Of a stretch of DNA of 20,000 nucleotides, positions 18,498-20,000 are shown piece by piece; the stretch's first letter is position 1; every line of letters starts with the position of its first letter. A program made the translations under genes and the position numbers. The stretch lies in the NCBI RefSeq assembly GCF_004010195.1, contig NC_057718.1:21548684-21568683 (forward strand), read 5' to 3'. The notes below the pieces were generated by a model. It did not search any database and had not been told where the DNA came from. It saw only the letters and a program-made list of their open reading frames with translations. This DNA comes from Chiloscyllium plagiosum. Lineage: Eukaryota.

Positions 18498-20000
18498 ATA
18501 TGGGTGGGGGTAGGGTGCTCATTGTTAACTCTAGCTTTGTATTATATCTGAATTCTCCTCATTTTATTGAGGAGCGCCTGGGTCAAGGGTGGGGCATTGG
18601 TTGGGAGAGGATATGATGGACTTTTGGAGAGGAAGTGACACCCCCTGGGAACAAGGGGGAAAATCTCCACTGATATGTTTTATTTTTTTTTATTTAGAAA
18701 TAGTTTTTTATTGTATTGTTGTGAGTGCATTAGAGAGGCTTTATTTTTGTAAATTTTATATGCTCTACGCTCGGGATGTTCTGGATAGAGTTCCCTCTCC
18801 CGAGGGATCTCGGATTTGCCCAGATGATTATGGTTGATCTGTCGGTTAAGTGGTGCACCTGGAATGTCAAGGGGAGTAATTCGCCAGTCAAAAGGAAGAA
18901 AATATTATCAAATCTTAAGAAGGAGAGAGTTGATATAGCTCTCCTACAGGAGACACACTTGTCGGATAAAGAACACTTGAAATTACAACAGGGTGGATTT
19001 GATCAGGCCTTCTTTTCTTCTTTTAGCTCAAAAAGCAGGGAAGTTGTTATTCTTGTTCGGAAGAATTTACCTTTCAAAATCCTAAAGCAGATAAAAGACG
19101 AATCTGGACGATATATTTTGATTAAAGCCCTCATAAATGGAGAGGAATATGGGATTTTAAATTTGTACTGCCCCCCGGCACACCCCTTTAAATTTATAAC
19201 GGAAGCCTTTTCAAAATTGATGACTTTTGGTGCCCATCATACAATTATAGGAGGAGACTTTAATTGTATTATGGATCCGGAAATAGACAGGATTCCCAAG
19301 AGTACTGCAGGAGTATCTCCCAGATCTAGACAATTGATGGATCTGAACAAAGAATTAGGATCAGTAGATGTATGGGGATGTCTTCATCCACAGGGTAGAG
19401 ATTTTTCTTTCTACTCTAATCCACATAAATGTCATACCAGAATTGATATGTTTTTTGCCCCCTCGATTTTTTTAAATTCCATATCATCCTGTAAAATAGG
19501 TAATATAGCAATTTCTGACCACCCTGCTGTATATATGGAAACTAAGGCGAGGAACAGTGGGACATCCCCGCGGCATTGGCGTATGGACCCCTTCTTAATG
19601 AAAGATAGTAAATTTGTAAAGTACTTCTCTCAAGAATTTAAAACTTTTTTAGAAATTAATTCAGGCACAGCTAGCAACCCGTCAATGAAGTGGGAGACCA
19701 TGAAAGCTTACACGCGAGGCTTGATCATCTCCTACTCAGCGACCCAGAAGAAATTAAAGGGAGAACAACAACGTCTGCTTGAAGCCCGCTTAAAAGCGGC
19801 TGAAACAGCATACACTGATAGACCCTCTATTATTAAATTGCAAAGGATTACAGCTCTTAGGACAGCTCTAAACACTACGCTTACTCAAACAGCTAAGAGG
19901 GAAATATTATTTGCAAAACAAAGGTTATATGAATATGGCGACAAACCGGGTAGATACTTAGCATTTCTTGCAAAGAAAAAAAAAGCCCCTCAGACTATTA
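18498..20000 (+). mobile_element. Second L1-clade LINE (different subfamily), 5'-truncated within the inter-ORF spacer, running off the window
   Basis: Spacer-like G/T-rich sequence with a ccccct/aggggg hairpin, followed by ORF2. No ORF1 upstream. Left boundary approximate. Confidence 0.85.
18824..20000 (+). CDS. L1 ORF2 N-terminal part (APE endonuclease), open to the window end
   Basis: Hand translation gives 392 stop-free codons: MIMVDLSVKWCTWNVKG...LLQETHL...LNLYCPP...IIGGDFNC...TRIDMF...ISDHPAV...RLYEYGDKPGRYLAFLAKKKKAPQTI. Absent from the ORF track because no stop codon is reached. Start may be 18830. Confidence 0.93.
   Translation, partial: MIMVDLSVKWCTWNVKGSNSPVKRKKILSNLKKERVDIALLQETHLSDKEHLKLQQGGFDQAFFSSFSSKSREVVILVRKNLPFKILKQIKDESGRYILIKALINGEEYGILNLYCPPAHPFKFITEAFSKLMTFGAHHTIIGGDFNCIMDPEIDRIPKSTAGVSPRSRQLMDLNKELGSVDVWGCLHPQGRDFSFYSNPHKCHTRIDMFFAPSIFLNSISSCKIGNIAISDHPAVYMETKARNSGTSPRHWRMDPFLMKDSKFVKYFSQEFKTFLEINSGTASNPSMKWETMKAYTRGLIISYSATQKKLKGEQQRLLEARLKAAETAYTDRPSIIKLQRITALRTALNTTLTQTAKREILFAKQRLYEYGDKPGRYLAFLAKKKKAPQTI

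Overview
Eukaryotic (vertebrate) non-genic or intronic DNA, almost certainly from a shark or other elasmobranch, judged from an HE1/V-SINE, HER1/CR1-type LINE tails, a DeuSINE and shark-type Penelope-associated repeats. No host protein-coding exon can be supported. The window is a retrotransposon landscape. A near-full-length minus-strand L1-clade LINE (~9244-14378) has a YY1-type 5' end, decayed ORF1/ORF2, a (TAAA)n tail and a 15-bp target-site duplication. It sits inside the RT domain of an old CR1 and carries an HE1 SINE in its inter-ORF spacer. The same old CR1 also hosts a young CR1 3' fragment. A second, different L1 on the plus strand has an uninterrupted ORF2 (18824 to the window end) that the ORF track missed. 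Several short repeats carry decayed hammerhead-ribozyme cores (CUGANGA / stem II / GAAA), including a ~125-bp palindrome flanked by a 9-bp direct repeat; these resemble Penelope-like-element or retrozyme remnants. The most interesting signals are the hammerhead-bearing repeats, the mammal-like YY1 L1 promoter with an antisense splice donor, and a stem-loop shared by the inter-ORF spacers of both L1s. Family names come from recalled consensus similarity, not database searches.
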